Positions 24,501 through 46,343 of a stretch of DNA of 64,000 bases are shown in pieces. Every line of letters starts with the position of its first letter. Positions within the stretch are counted from its first letter, which is position 1. This stretch comes from Lama guanicoe. Its lineage: Eukaryota. The stretch is from NCBI GenBank assembly GCA_013239625.1, contig MU054338.1, forward strand, positions 374,001 to 438,000, in the 5' to 3' direction. The position numbers and the translations under genes were made by a program. A model generated the notes under the pieces. The model was not told the origin of the DNA and did not search any database. It saw only the letters and a list, made by a program, of their open reading frames with translations.

Positions 24501-25218
24501 TCAGGTCTGCGAGGGATTGGGTGGTCAACAGGGCAACCACAGCACAGCCGGCAGTGACCCCAGGGGTGACGAGGGAGAAGCCCAGCAAAGCCCCAGCCCC
24601 AGCAAGCGCAGAGCTGCTGCTGACATGCCCACGGCCCAGGGCTTTCCAGGAACAGGCTGGGTCTCCTCCCTGAGCAGGCCCGAGACTCTGCCACCTGTGT
24701 GCCTACACCTGTGATTGAAAGGACGAGAAAACCCGAAACGCTAATGTCGGGCATCTCTCCGTGGGAGGGAACCTCTGGTTCGTTTTCCTCATCCTAAACT
24801 TCTGTTTTTCCAATTTCCTCTAACAAGCGCAGGCCTGGTGCACCTCAAAGGCTTTCAAAAGCCTGGAAAACTCAGGCATGAGCCTCAGGCCAAGCTGTAA
24901 GGAACCACCCACCCATCACCCCATCACATTCTGCAGGGGTGACCCAAGGGTCCCCTGGCTCCAGGCACGGGAGAGCACACTCGGCCCTTCACCCCTCATC
25001 ACCCCTGTCACCAATGAGGAGATGCTGGAAACCTATAGGAGCTGGGGCCTGATGACATGGGATGGGGGCTGGGCGAGGGGCGCACCCTGGTCGTCGCTGC
25101 GGAGGTCTGTGGTGAAGGCGATGAGGTTGCGGCAGGACCAGGCGCAGGCCAGGGGCACCGACGGGCAGTGGGTGCTCTTGGGCCATTTCTCCCACTCGCA
25201 GACATAAGCCAGGTCCAT
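12512..25218 (-). CDS. MED16: Mediator subunit 16, 14 coding exons, ~820 aa as assembled
   Basis: Exons (minus strand) 25218-25086, 24506-24426 (short, see finding), 24200-24031, 22290-21859, 21192-21087, 19108-18953, 18325-18114, 17308-17102, 16409-16199, 15735-15602, 15409-15217, 14562-14346, 13191-13108, 12638-12512 (2463 nt). Peptides [50 protein letters not shown]. Confidence 0.95.
14789..14938 (+). mobile_element. Full-length tRNA-Ala-derived SINE with TSD, in a MED16 intron
   Basis: tRNA-like head, AATAAATAAG..CCTAATTACCTCCCCC body, (AAAAC)n tail; AAAAAATATGCAGC duplicated at 14769-14782 and 14940-14953. Confidence 0.9.
15530..15559. other. Assembly gap (30 N) in a G-rich MED16 intron
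   Basis: Run of N flanked by GGGGCCGG(A/G)GGAGGTGGGG-like units on both sides. Confidence 0.98.
17712..17848. repeat. Degenerate (TG/CG)n alternating purine-pyrimidine low-complexity tract
   Basis: GTGCACGCACGTGAGTGTGAGTGTGCG...GTGTGCGTGTGTGT. Confidence 0.6.
21500..21810 (+). mobile_element. MLT1-type (MaLR) LTR relic
   Basis: Hallmark GCCTCTAGAAGCTGGAAGAGGCAGGA...CCCTGGAGCCTC motif. Confidence 0.75.
22990..23355 (+). mobile_element. L1MB-type 3'UTR relic with A tail
   Basis: GTCCAGAACAGGCCAGTCC, GGTGATGGTTGCAC, ACATCTCAACAAAATTGTTAAAAAAAA. Confidence 0.75.
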
Positions 25219-26299
25219 TGTGCCCACCCGCCAAGCTCACACACGTAGGTCGACCACCAGTTCCTGAAGGAGGGAAGGCTGGCTTGTCATGGACGTTCAG
25301 GCAGGGCGTGCAGGACCCCAGGTACAGTGCTGGGCGCTGGGTCGCCAAAGGGAAACAAGTGGACTCAATCCCTGCCCTCGTGTGTGGCGGGGGAGCTGCA
25401 TTTTACACACTCATGGCCAAGGAGGCCTCCACGGTGTAGGTGTGAGGGATAGAGGTGTGCAGCCTGGAGGAAGAGCATTCCAGGCGGAGGGAACTGCCAG
25501 TGCCAAGGCCCAGAGGCTGGACCGAGCCTGGGGTGCTGAACAGAGTGAGTGTAGGAGAGGAGTAAAGTAAGGGTGGGGAGGGGAGGAGGCAGATCGTGCA
25601 GGGCCTGGGGGGTTCACCCAGAAGGGCTGAGGCCTGTTTCTGTTTCAGCAGACCCCTCTGGCTGTCTGGAGGGCGAGGCTGGGAGACAAGTGGTCTAGGT
25701 GAACAACGACGGGGCAGAGGAAGCGGTGAGAAGAGGCAGAACCCAAGGTCCATCCTCAGAGAGGAGCCCACGGATACCCAAGAGCACCAGCGGGGCGGCC
25801 TTCGGCAGAGGCAGGACGGCAGGGCGGCAGGGCGGGGGAAGGCAGAAGCTTGGTGCGGGACTTCCGAAGGTAACAGTGATAGCGGAAACACTAGCCTTCC
25901 TCGGCGCTATGTGCCCGGCATCGATTAAGGCTATTCCCTTTCACCGTTACCAAAGCTCAGGGAGGCCGAAAAGTACCATCAACCCATTTTTCTCAATCAC
26001 CGACCCCGGGTGCCATGCTTCTTCAAGACCCGACCACAAGGTCCCTTCCACAGTCTTTAAGCTCTGCCCCTAAGCCTCCCGGGCCCCTACCCCTACGATA
26101 TCTGCTTTCCAGACTCCACCCCCAGTGTCCCCGGTCCCAGCCTAAACTCCGTTTCCGCCTCAGGATCTCCCCAACAATCGCAAGGACCTGCCATACAGCT
26201 GGTCCTCCAGGCCCTGCCTCCAATTCGCCCTGTGAGACCCCCCAGGCTCCGTCCCAGGGACCCCTCACCTAATACCTAGTCCCTGGCCCCCCCAAGCCC

Positions 26300-27055
26300 C
26301 CCACAGTTCTCAAGCCCCGACCCCAGCGCAACGCCCAGGCCCCCCCCAGGGAGGTACGTCAGGCCCCGCCCCTGCTCGCGTTCCAGGCTCCGCCCCGACT
26401 TCCCCCGCTCCAGGTCCCCCGGACCCTCGGGGCGCCTCAGGCTTCACCCCGAGGTTCCTCCTCCCCCCACCCCCACAGACCCCACCCAGAGCGCTCAGGC
26501 CGCGTACCCAGCACCCCTTGCTCTCCAGGCCCGTCCTCTGACCCCACAGGCCCCGCCCCTGGCCCGCGAGTCGCCGCCTTTCCCCCTGCGCGCTCCCCGC
26601 GGCACCAGGTGCCGTCCGGAGGCCGGCAGGCCGCCCGAGCCCCAGCCCAGCGCCCACCGAACCGGCCGGTGCGCCCAGACGAGCGGGCGGTGGCCTGCAC
26701 GCGCCCTAACGCTCCGGCTCGGGCGCCGCCATCTTCCCCGGACCAACGAGTCGCCAGCGCAGCGCGGCCGCTTCCCGGAGACTTCTGGGATGGCAGGGGC
26801 TCCTGTCCCGCCCCGCTTCCGGGGTAATTTGCATACATTAATGGAGTTCCAGCAGACATCTGAGGTATACTTGGTGAAAAACAAAGACTTTCTCAGTTTC
26901 AGTGAATGACCCGCACTTGGTTAAGCTATTATTGCACTAATATCATAAAGTAAGAGGTAAATTGTTGAACTTTTTTAACGGAGGTCACCCTTTGTGAAAA
27001 GCAGCCCACTTTGTTTGCTCTAAATAGCCCTCGGACTAGAGGCAGTTCTGTGCTC

Positions 27056-27106
<51 letters not shown>

Positions 27107-27300
27107 GGCCCCTGCGCAAGGATGACACGCAAATTCGTGAAGCGTTCCATATTTTGCTTTTCCCCGTCACATCCGTGGATGGAGAAACTGGGCTCGGTAA
27201 GCGAGAACCAATCCAGGGCCCGTGTGGATTCCACCCCGTCCCGTCTGCAAACCCCGATGGCCCGGGAGCCCGGCTGCGGGTCCGCGTAGGGGAGCACAGG
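26300..27300. promoter_or_regulatory. CpG island / bidirectional MED16-U6 promoter
   Basis: CpG-dense; YY1 motif GCCGCCATCTT 26725-26735, ETS CTTCCGG 26816-26822, octamer ATTTGCAT 26827-26834, PSE GTCACCCTTTGTGAAAA from 26984, TATA-like CTAAATA 27020-27026. Confidence 0.85.
27050..27155 (+). ncRNA. RNU6: U6 spliceosomal snRNA, likely a true gene (syntenic with human RNU6-9)
   Basis: Full 106-nt sequence GTGCTCGCTTCGGCAGCAC...ACAGAGA...GCGTTCCATATTTT with no visible mismatch to canonical U6; TATA at ~-30, PSE at -66, octamer at -223; no A tail or TSD. Confidence 0.97.
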
Positions 27301-27442
27301 CAGCCTGTGGGCGCCCCGAGCCCAGCCCTGTCCTCCGGGCACCAGAAGTTGGGTCCCCGTTACCCGTGGGAGCCTCCAAGCTGGTGCATTTGGATTTCCC
27401 TCATTCGGCATCTGTGCTGAAAACTACAATGTCTGTTAAGGA

Positions 27443-27570
27443 GGGGAGAATGCAGCACACCGGTGGAGCGCGGCTTCGCATGTTAGGTCCGGGGTTCAAT
27501 CCCCAGCTCCTCCGTTAAACTAAAGATGGATAAATCGAATTCCGCTACCCCGCCCCCCGCCAAAAATAAC
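27443..27570 (+). mobile_element. Diverged tRNA-derived SINE with perfect TSD
   Basis: B box GGTTCAATCC retained; ACAATGTCTGTTAA duplicated at 27426-27439 and 27571-27584. Confidence 0.8.
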
Positions 27571-27849
27571 ACAATGTCTGTTAAAATGGAACAGCACCCA
27601 GATAGATCTTGGTTTCTAAACGGTGCCCGGGTGAAAGGAAGCAGGCTCCTTGGCTGGTTCTCGGTCACGCGGAGCAGGTATAGAGACAAATCTCTCCTGC
27701 AGAATTTTCAACCTTCAGGGACAAGGTCAGCCTTGTGAAGAGCCCTGTGGACAGCAGAGACCCCTGCTGTGGCCGGGGGAGGGCAGTTCCCTTGGTGCCA
27801 TCACGAGAGAAACAGCAGATGACCCAGGCTGCGGAGTCCTGCAGGACAC

Positions 27850-28091
27850 ATAGCCAGGCCCAGACACACAGATGAAGGCACAGGGAAGAGGCCACATGAA
27901 GATGTTGGCTGGAGGGAGGTGGCCACAAGCCAAGAAGGCCAGAGCCTCCAGGAGCTGGAAGAGGCAGGAGGGACCCTCCTTTGATACCTTGACCTCACAC
28001 CTCTGGCCTCCAGAACTGCGTGACAATAAATTCCTGTGGTTTTAAGCCGCATTGTGATCCACTTTGTTCCAGCGACCCAGAAAGCTCACAC
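27850..28091 (+). mobile_element. MLT1-type LTR, 3' half
   Basis: GGAGCTGGAAGAGGCAGGA...CTGGCCTCCAGAACTG...AATAAATTCCTGTGGTTTTAAGCC. Confidence 0.8.
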
Positions 28092-28341
28092 GAATGAACT
28101 TGCTGGAGGTCACACAGCTGAGAAGTGGTGCAGTTGGGGTTTGAGCCTCTGCACTCCGGAGGGGACAAGCCAGGAGGTGGAGCCAAGGGCCGGGATGCTC
28201 CCAGCAGAGTCCCCACACACCTGCCTCCATGTGGGGTATCATCCCTCAACGACCAGGACCCAAGGGCATCGTGAATGCCCCTCGTGCCTCCAGCCCTGCC
28301 CCAAAGGAAAACTCCAGAGCTGGGGATTAGAGCACCAGAAA

Positions 28342-28347
28342 TTTATT
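28342..28347 (-). terminator. R3HDM4 polyadenylation signal
   Basis: TTTATT on + (AATAAA on -) ~820 nt past the stop. Confidence 0.75.
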
Positions 28348-29163
28348 GAACTCTCCACTTTCCCAAAGCACAACTAGCCACACGCGCGGGGGCAGGGTGG
28401 GTCAGGGGGACAGTCTCCCAGCCCCACTCTCATGTGCCACGCCAGGGTGACCAGCACGGGGACACCCCAGAGCCAGGCTGGGGAGCACGGGACACAGAGA
28501 GGGGAACAGGACAGTCTGAGGGTGGAGGCTTCTGGCTGGAAGTCCCAAACCCCTAGTAGGAAGGAGGGGGTGTGTAGAGCAGATGGGGCCCCAAGAGCCA
28601 CCAAAGGGCACCAGGGGTGGACAACACACAGTCCACAAAGAGGGTAAAACCAGCCTTCAAGACACAGCCTCTGTCCTGGGTTGCAGGGCACACACATGCA
28701 CACGCACACACGCGCAAAACGTAATGTTCCTGGGGTGAGGGTCAGGGCGCCAGAGACCCCCACGCAGGGACTGGAATGAAGCCCCCCGATTTATCACTTG
28801 GGGCAAGTTTTTGGCTTTTCTTCTGAAAAGGGAAATTTAAAAATCTACAACAAATCACATCAAATTCATTAAAAATGATAAAAACCCAGCCTCTGCCTCC
28901 TCCCCTCAGCATCTGACACTGACCGAGGAAGGGACACGGGAGCGACCAGGCCAGGGGTCCCTGCCCCAGACAGCATCCCAGAGCGGGCAGTCTGGCCAGA
29001 GGGCGTGAAGCAGCCCCCACCACCAGCCTTTGTCTGGGCAGGGAGGGGCCACCCCAAGGGGAAGAGTTTCCAAGGGAGAAGTCTAAAACGATCAAGCTGC
29101 GTCAGGGGAGGGCAGCAGAGGGCATGGTGAGGGGGGCGGCGGGCGGGCACCGCGGGGCCGCCA

Positions 29164-37053
<7,890 letters not shown>

Positions 37054-38934
37054 AGCTCGGACGCCGCCGCCGCCCCCGCCGCTCCCGCCGCTGTCCAGGC
37101 CGCCCGGCAGGGCCTTCTCGGGGCCGGGCAGGAAGTGACGGGCGCCCGGGGGCGGGCCGGGGCGGGGCCTGGAGGCTGAGCGGGCGGGGCGGGGGCCGCG
37201 GCCAGGTCCCGGCCAGACCCCGGGCGGCGGGCGGGAGACACCCGGCCCCGGGGCATGGACTGGGGACACTGAGGCGGGGGAAGGGGACCACTACCCTATC
37301 CTCGCCTGAACCCGGACTGTAGCCCCGGGGAAACGGAGACCGAAGGTCGCGAGTGTCCCTGCGCCCAGGCGGGGCTGTGGGCTGGGCACCCAGCCCTGGC
37401 GGGACAGATGGGGAAGCTGAGGCCTGGGGAGGGAGAAAGGAGGGGCACGTCCTTTTTCAAAGGCATGGACGGACGAAAGGACCCACGCTGCCCCCACTGA
37501 GCACTAGCAGGGCTTTCCTTCCACCAACCCCGACCCGGTCCTCGGTAAAAGTGCCAACCCTGGAGCCCCGCTGGACGCCTCAATTTACTCATCTATCAAA
37601 ACCGGACAAAGTCAGCCCCAAACCCCTTTAGCCTTTTAGAGTTCATTCATTTCACAAATGCCCTCTGTACTTGGGGCTGGGGCTGGGTTCTCCAGACCCA
37701 GCAGTGACAAAATAGACCTCCCCCCCCAGGGGGCAGGAAGAGGAGACCTCTGGAAAAGGGACTGTCAGGCTGCAAAAGTGGGAAGGGTGTGCCAGGCAGA
37801 AGGAACAATGAGTGCAAAAGCCCCGGGGCATCCAGAGTGGTCGGAGCAGGGTGACGGGAGAGCGTGGCGGGGGAGAGGACAGGCCCATGAGACTGACGGC
37901 CCTTTGGTGACAGGTTGCCAGGCTTGGTTTTTGACCTGAGAGCAATGGGAAGCCAGGGGAGGGTTTAGAATAGAGAATTAAACCTGCTCTAGAATCTAGA
38001 ATCCACCCTTCATTCTGCAAGAAAAGTAGGGAACCTGAATCACGTTAAGAGACCCCACAGGGATGCAGCCCAGATGCAGCCTGGTGGAAATTGTACAGGA
38101 CAAACGACTCAGCTACTTTAACAAATAAAGAGCGAGGGGGAAAAAGGAGAGGGGAAGGAGGAGGAACTACAACAAAATTCAAGAGGGCACACACTGTGTG
38201 ACTTCATGCACACAAATGTGAAAGAGGCAAGAGAAATCAATGGCCATACCACTGAGGAGAGATGGTACCTCTGGGGAGAGTGCTTGGGTGAGGCTCCTGG
38301 GACCCGGGATGCCTGGTCTCAGGGTCCTGGCCCACAATGGCCAGCCATTCAGTAGGTGTGCTGACTCTCCAGGGCGCAGCCTGGGCTGTGCCCCTGTTCT
38401 TGGGAACTTCCAGGGAACCTGCCCTCACCTTCTTAACACCCTCCAGGACCCTCTGTCCATCCCTGAGTGTTGCTGCTCCCCAGAGCCCCCAACTCCAAGG
38501 TCCAGCCACCTGCTGGACTGAGCGCTCTTCCAGGCCCATTCAACTTGGCAGCCTCCTCAAACAGTTCCTCTGTCCCCACCAAGTAAACTTGGGTCCCCTC
38601 AGCCTCACCTGTCCATCATTACCACCCCAAAAGGATTTTCCCTTTCTTTTCCGAGTTTTTAGGCAGTTGTCAAGAATACTGGTGAAGGCATGAAAAGGGT
38701 GGACAGGGAACTGTCTCCCCCTGCAGGTTCTTTGTTCTTCCTTCTTGACGTATTTGCTGCACTTTGATGTCCATGCATATTTTTCATGTCTTTCCCTCTC
38801 TAGTCCTTTTTACCCAGACACAGCGTCTTTTCTTCTGCTGTCCAGCAGCTCACATGGCCTGCTGCACGCCTCACGGGATAGTGTCTGGGGCACATTTCTG
38901 GGTGTGAGTTTGGGGATCAGCATTGTCCTTTCTT

Positions 38935-39297
38935 GAGGGGAGGGATAAATTAGAAGTCTGAGATGAACAGGTACATGCTACTTTTTTATGAAGTAGATAA
39001 ACAACAAGGAACTCCTGTGCCTTACAGGGGACTATGTTCAGTACCTTTTTTTGCAGGGGGGTCATTAGGTTTAGTTATTTACTTGGTTTTTCAGCAGAGG
39101 TACTGGGGATTGAACCCAGGATCTCACGCATGCATGTGCTCTACCACTTGAGCTATACCCTCCCCCCTACATTCAGTGTCCTTTAATAACCTATAATAGA
39201 AAAGAATATATGTATGTATAACTGAATCACTTTGCTGTACACCTGAAACTAACAAAACATTGTATATCAACTATCCTTCAATTTTTAAAAAATTAAA
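38935..39297 (+). mobile_element. L1 3'-end fragment interrupted by an antisense SINE
   Basis: GATAAACAACAAGG...TATAACTGAATCACTTTGCTGTACACCTGAAACTAAC; similar to the 3' end of the L1 at 12230-12450. Confidence 0.8.
39046..39166 (-). mobile_element. tRNA-derived SINE nested in L1
   Basis: GAGGTACTGGGGATTGAACCCAGG...CTCTACCACTTGAGCTATACCCTCCCC is the reverse complement of the SINE head. Confidence 0.85.
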
Positions 39298-39972
39298 GGA
39301 AACTGTCCTTTATAAACTGCCCTCCACCTGGTTCCTGCCACCAGTAGCACAAGTGACCATGTCCCCATTGTAGGTATCGCTGCCATGCTGTTAGGTGGGA
39401 GGTGGACACTCCCTAGGGGTCTGATTTACAGCAAAGTCCCGCGGAGGTTGAGTTATTTAAAGAACAGCCATCTTCCAACCACCAGATTCCGGGCATCCCT
39501 CCCTTGCCCTGAATCTTCCTGGCTCCCCAGTGTCCTGGAACAAACTCGGGCAACATATTCAGGGTCTCTGAGGGCAGGCCTCACCGCTGGCCTGGGCCCA
39601 CCCACCTGGAGCCCCAGCCCCGTGAAGGTCAAAGTCATGACCTTAACAAGCCTCATTCCCTTGTCCTGTAGCTTTGTCCCCCTGCTTTTCTTGCGAGTGA
39701 GTCTCCACGCCCCCTTACCCCACCCCGCGCTCCCCCAGCTTAAGATTTGTCCTTCTCGGGTCCACAGCGGCCTCTATGAAGCCTACCCTCCCTTCGTCTG
39801 CCCCTCACTCCAGCCGCCCCGTCTCCTCTGTGCTCTCACCCTGACCGCGCGGGAGGAGGAGGGAATGGGGGAGAAGGGTGCTGCGCGGGTGTATGGAGGG
39901 CGCGCACGCAGTGGAGGGAGTGGCCAGCGGCTGCTGGAGAATCGGGAAGGCGGGGACAAGGTGGGAAGAGGG

Positions 39973-39978
39973 TATAAA
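39973..39978 (+). promoter_or_regulatory. KISS1R TATA box within a CpG island
   Basis: TATAAA ~100 nt before the ATG, with a GC box upstream. Confidence 0.7.
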
Positions 39979-40075
39979 TGCGCGGCCGCTGCAGCGCCAG
40001 CATTGGAGCCACCAAACCCAGAGGAGGTACGCTCCAGACCCGGGTGCAATCCTGGCGGGCGGGCGGGAGGAAGCA

Positions 40076-42952
<2,877 letters not shown>

Positions 42953-43260
42953 GCCCTCTCTGGGGGAATCAAGGTAGGCCCCTCCAGAACGGGCGCTGCT
43001 ATTACTATTTTATTAATGTCCTTATTTTTGTCCAGGATAATCCTAATGAACATGTTGTCTCCTCCTGGAACGTTGGTTACAAATTCGCTTTGATGTTTGC
43101 TTCTATTAATATTGCAGTTACTATTTCTGTGTTTCCTGAAATCAAAGATGTATCGATGTTGGCACTTTCTGGAACTTTCAAGGAAGCAAAGTAGTTTTCA
43201 CGCACAGTGTTGCAGCTGACTGTACAATTGTAATGTAAGATCCAGCCTATTTTCAGAGAC

Positions 43261-43266
43261 ATTAAA
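43261..43266 (+). terminator. Candidate KISS1R polyadenylation signal (ATTAAA)
   Basis: First standard hexamer I find in the AT-rich 3'UTR; no AATAAA seen nearer. Confidence 0.4.
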
Positions 43267-44179
43267 AAGTAAACACAATGTGATTCTTAAAACTGATGAA
43301 ACAGGGTACCCTTCTGACTCCCTGGTAAGTGTCCAGAGCCCAGGGTTGCTCGGGCTTCCTCCCAACATGGCTGTCGGGGAAAGTCGGACCTAATCCTGGG
43401 GGCACAAGCTTCCTGCTTCCACAGTGAGCTGCTGGGAGTTGTCAGAGCCCCACCCAGATTCAAGGCTGGGGGAACAGACCTGCCGCTGAGCTGCATGTGC
43501 CAGCCAGGGGGTGGGGGGGAGGCCTCACCAGCCTCTGGCTTGGTCACCCTGAAGGGCAGCTGCCCCTCTCTTGCGGGGGCCCTGTCCTCCCAAGTTATCT
43601 GGGGACATTACAGGCTTCCAAAGAGCCCACATTTGCAGGGATTATTTATGTGAGAAGGACAGGCCATTCTGAGACTGGTCTGAAGCTTGCTTGCTCTGGT
43701 CTTCAAGACATGGCCTGGATGGGACTGAACAGGAGTGTAAAGTGCCCTTTGCCCACAGGCCCCGCCCCCTCCCTCCCTCTCCTCTTCCCATCCCCCACAC
43801 TCAGTCTCCCTGTGGCTTCCTGAACTGCTACCACCCTTTCTACTTCTTGGCCTTTGCACGTGCAGGTCCCTCTGTTGTACCCAGCACACCCTCGCTCATC
43901 CATCAGCTCAGCTGCCTCCTTCTCCGGGAAGCCCTCCTGGACCCCTCCAGGCTGTGTCAGGCGCCTCATCAGGGCCCAGTGCTGTTCTGTCTCAGCTCTG
44001 ATACCCTTGGCTGTATCTGCTGGGTGTGTATCTGAAGCGGTCTCCAGGATTCAGCACAGAGTGGGACCGATCAAAAGAGACCATGTGTGCAGAGTGAGGA
44101 GTAGGATTTCTCTGTGATAAACAGAATTAAAAAAAAAAAGTTAGAGAGGGACTCTCGGGCTCATGTCTCAGAGACAGGA

Positions 44180-44790
44180 AGACTTCAGTTCACACAGAAA
44201 TTTGTACACATGGGATCACAACAGCTTTGTTTGTGATAACCCCAACTGGAAACGACCAGGACAGGTGAATAGTTAGTAAACCGTGGTCCATCCACACCCA
44301 CTAGGCAGCACTCAGCTGTGAGCACACTGCCAGCACATGCAGGCCCCAGGGTGGGGCTCCACGGATCGTGCTGAGCCTAGGAGGAAATTCCTAAAGGCGT
44401 GATGTGTGGTTCCAGTCACGTAACATCCTCAAGGGGGCAAAAATATGGGAATGGAGGGCAGAGGTGATGGCCTGGGTAGGGACTGACTGGGAGGGGACAG
44501 CAGGACAGACCCTCGTGATGGAGCCGCTCTGCTCCTGGACTGCAGTGGGAACGTGAGCCCATGCAGGTGGTGGAGTTGCGGAGGACTGAACTCACACACG
44601 CGAGTGCAAGCAAACTGGGGGAATCTGGATACGTGGTTGGGTGGCATCCATTCAGAAACCCAGGTTTCAGTGTTGCACTGCAGCTTTGCAAAATGTCACT
44701 GTTGGGAGAAGCCTGGTGAAGGGTAGGAGGGAGATATCACCACATGAGAATGTACAATCATCTTGCAAGGAAAGGGTTTTTAAAAAGGAA
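44180..44790 (+). mobile_element. Old L1 (L1MC-like) relic
   Basis: ACAGCTTTGTTTGTGATAACCCCAACTGGAAACGACC, AATGTCACTGTTGGGAGAAGCCTGGTGAAGGGTA. Confidence 0.6.
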
Positions 44791-46159
44791 ATGAATGGGT
44801 TGAAGGGGACATCCAGGAAGAGGAATCGTTTCCAAACTGCAGAGCTAGTGCATCCCCTTCGTTTGTCCTCAAGTCCATTCCTGTGCACTATTTTTAGAGC
44901 CCCTTCTGTCTGGAAGGCAGCCGCCCAGCCCCCTGCCGGTACAGAGCCCCTGTCTGTGAAGGCGCCAATAAGTGGCAAACCCCCTAGAGGGATGCAAAGG
45001 CAAAGTGACAGCAGTAAAAAGGGTTACAAAGGAAATATGTATTACCTTTGTAACTGGGAGGCTGACCTTGGTGGGGGTAATTCCAGGAAGGCTTCCTGGA
45101 GGAGGTGAGTCCAGGAAATGTGAATTGAACTCAGAGGCGGGAAGAGCACACCAGATAGAGGGTACAGCCAGCACAAAGGCCCTGAGGTAGGATTTGTCAG
45201 CTGGATTTAAGGAATAGCTAGGAGGCAGGTGGGGCTGGAGCAGGGTGAGGAGGGAAGATGAGAGGTGAGAACAGAGGTGGTGGGGCCATGCAATCATCGG
45301 GGTGAGTTGGGTCTTTCCTGAGACGGGGTAGGAGCCATGGGAGGCCTCTAAGCAAGGAGTGACAGGGTCCAAGGTATGTGAAGATTTGTTTCCATTTATT
45401 ATCTCACTGCTATGACTATTCTAACATTTTGGGGGCGCCAGGACCAAGCATACGCCGGTATAGCCGACCTGGGAGGGGGTGCTGTGAGGGTGGGACCGGA
45501 AGCCACAGCGTGGGGATCAGCCCCTTCTCCCGGGGGGGGCGTGTGTCTGGGTGGGTCGGAGAGGGGTTAATTTCAACCTCAGGAAAACAATGAAACAAAT
45601 TTTAATATAATTCTGTCCTGTGCAGAATTTAGGCTATACTTAAAGTGATTCGTTGTTGATGTGAAATTCTAACGTAAGTTTAAGTTCTCTATTTCGTCTA
45701 GAAACTCTCCCGGGGAGCATTCAAAAGAGCTGCAGAAAAGGCTCGGCGGGCCTCTGCTTTCTGACCCGGGACAGTCGGTTTCAGGGACACGGCGCCCCCT
45801 CACGGGCCTCGGCGGAAGCCACCGCGTGACGGCGCCGCCCCGCCCACGGCTGCAACCTGCGGGTGCCCGGCAGGTGTCGCGCGCACCCCGCGGAGGGCGC
45901 TCGCTCCCCTGGGTCGACCCCACAAAGGAACCCTAGCGCCTAAGGGGAGCCGCTCATGGGTACCCCAACCTGGACCCCCGGGCTCAAAGGTTTCTCGCTG
46001 TGAAGTGGGCCAAGCAGAGCCGCATTATGAATGTCTCCTGGGCCTCTTCTATGAAAAAATATTTAGAACTGTATTTTTGCAGCTGCGTTGGTATAAAGAC
46101 GAATTAATTTAGGATAAAATGATTAATATATATTTCCTATAGTCAGACTCGCTTTTTTC

Positions 46160-46343
46160 TTTTTTTAAATAATATTTTATTTATTTATTTGTGTTTGTTT
46201 TTGTTTTTTTAGTTTGTTTTTGATTTGGGGGCACTTAGGTTAATTTACTTACTTATTTATTTTCATAGAGGTACTCGGGATTGAACCCAGGACCTCAATG
46301 CTTGCTGAGAAGATGCTGCTCTACCACTGAGCTATCGCCCCCC
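46160..46343 (-). mobile_element. tRNA-derived SINE with long T-rich (antisense A) tail
   Basis: GAGGTACTCGGGATTGAACCCAGGACC...CTCTACCACTGAGCTAT. Confidence 0.8.

Noticed and set aside
27050..27155. U6 retropseudogene
   Set aside because: No mismatches, A tail or TSD; correctly spaced TATA, PSE and octamer are present
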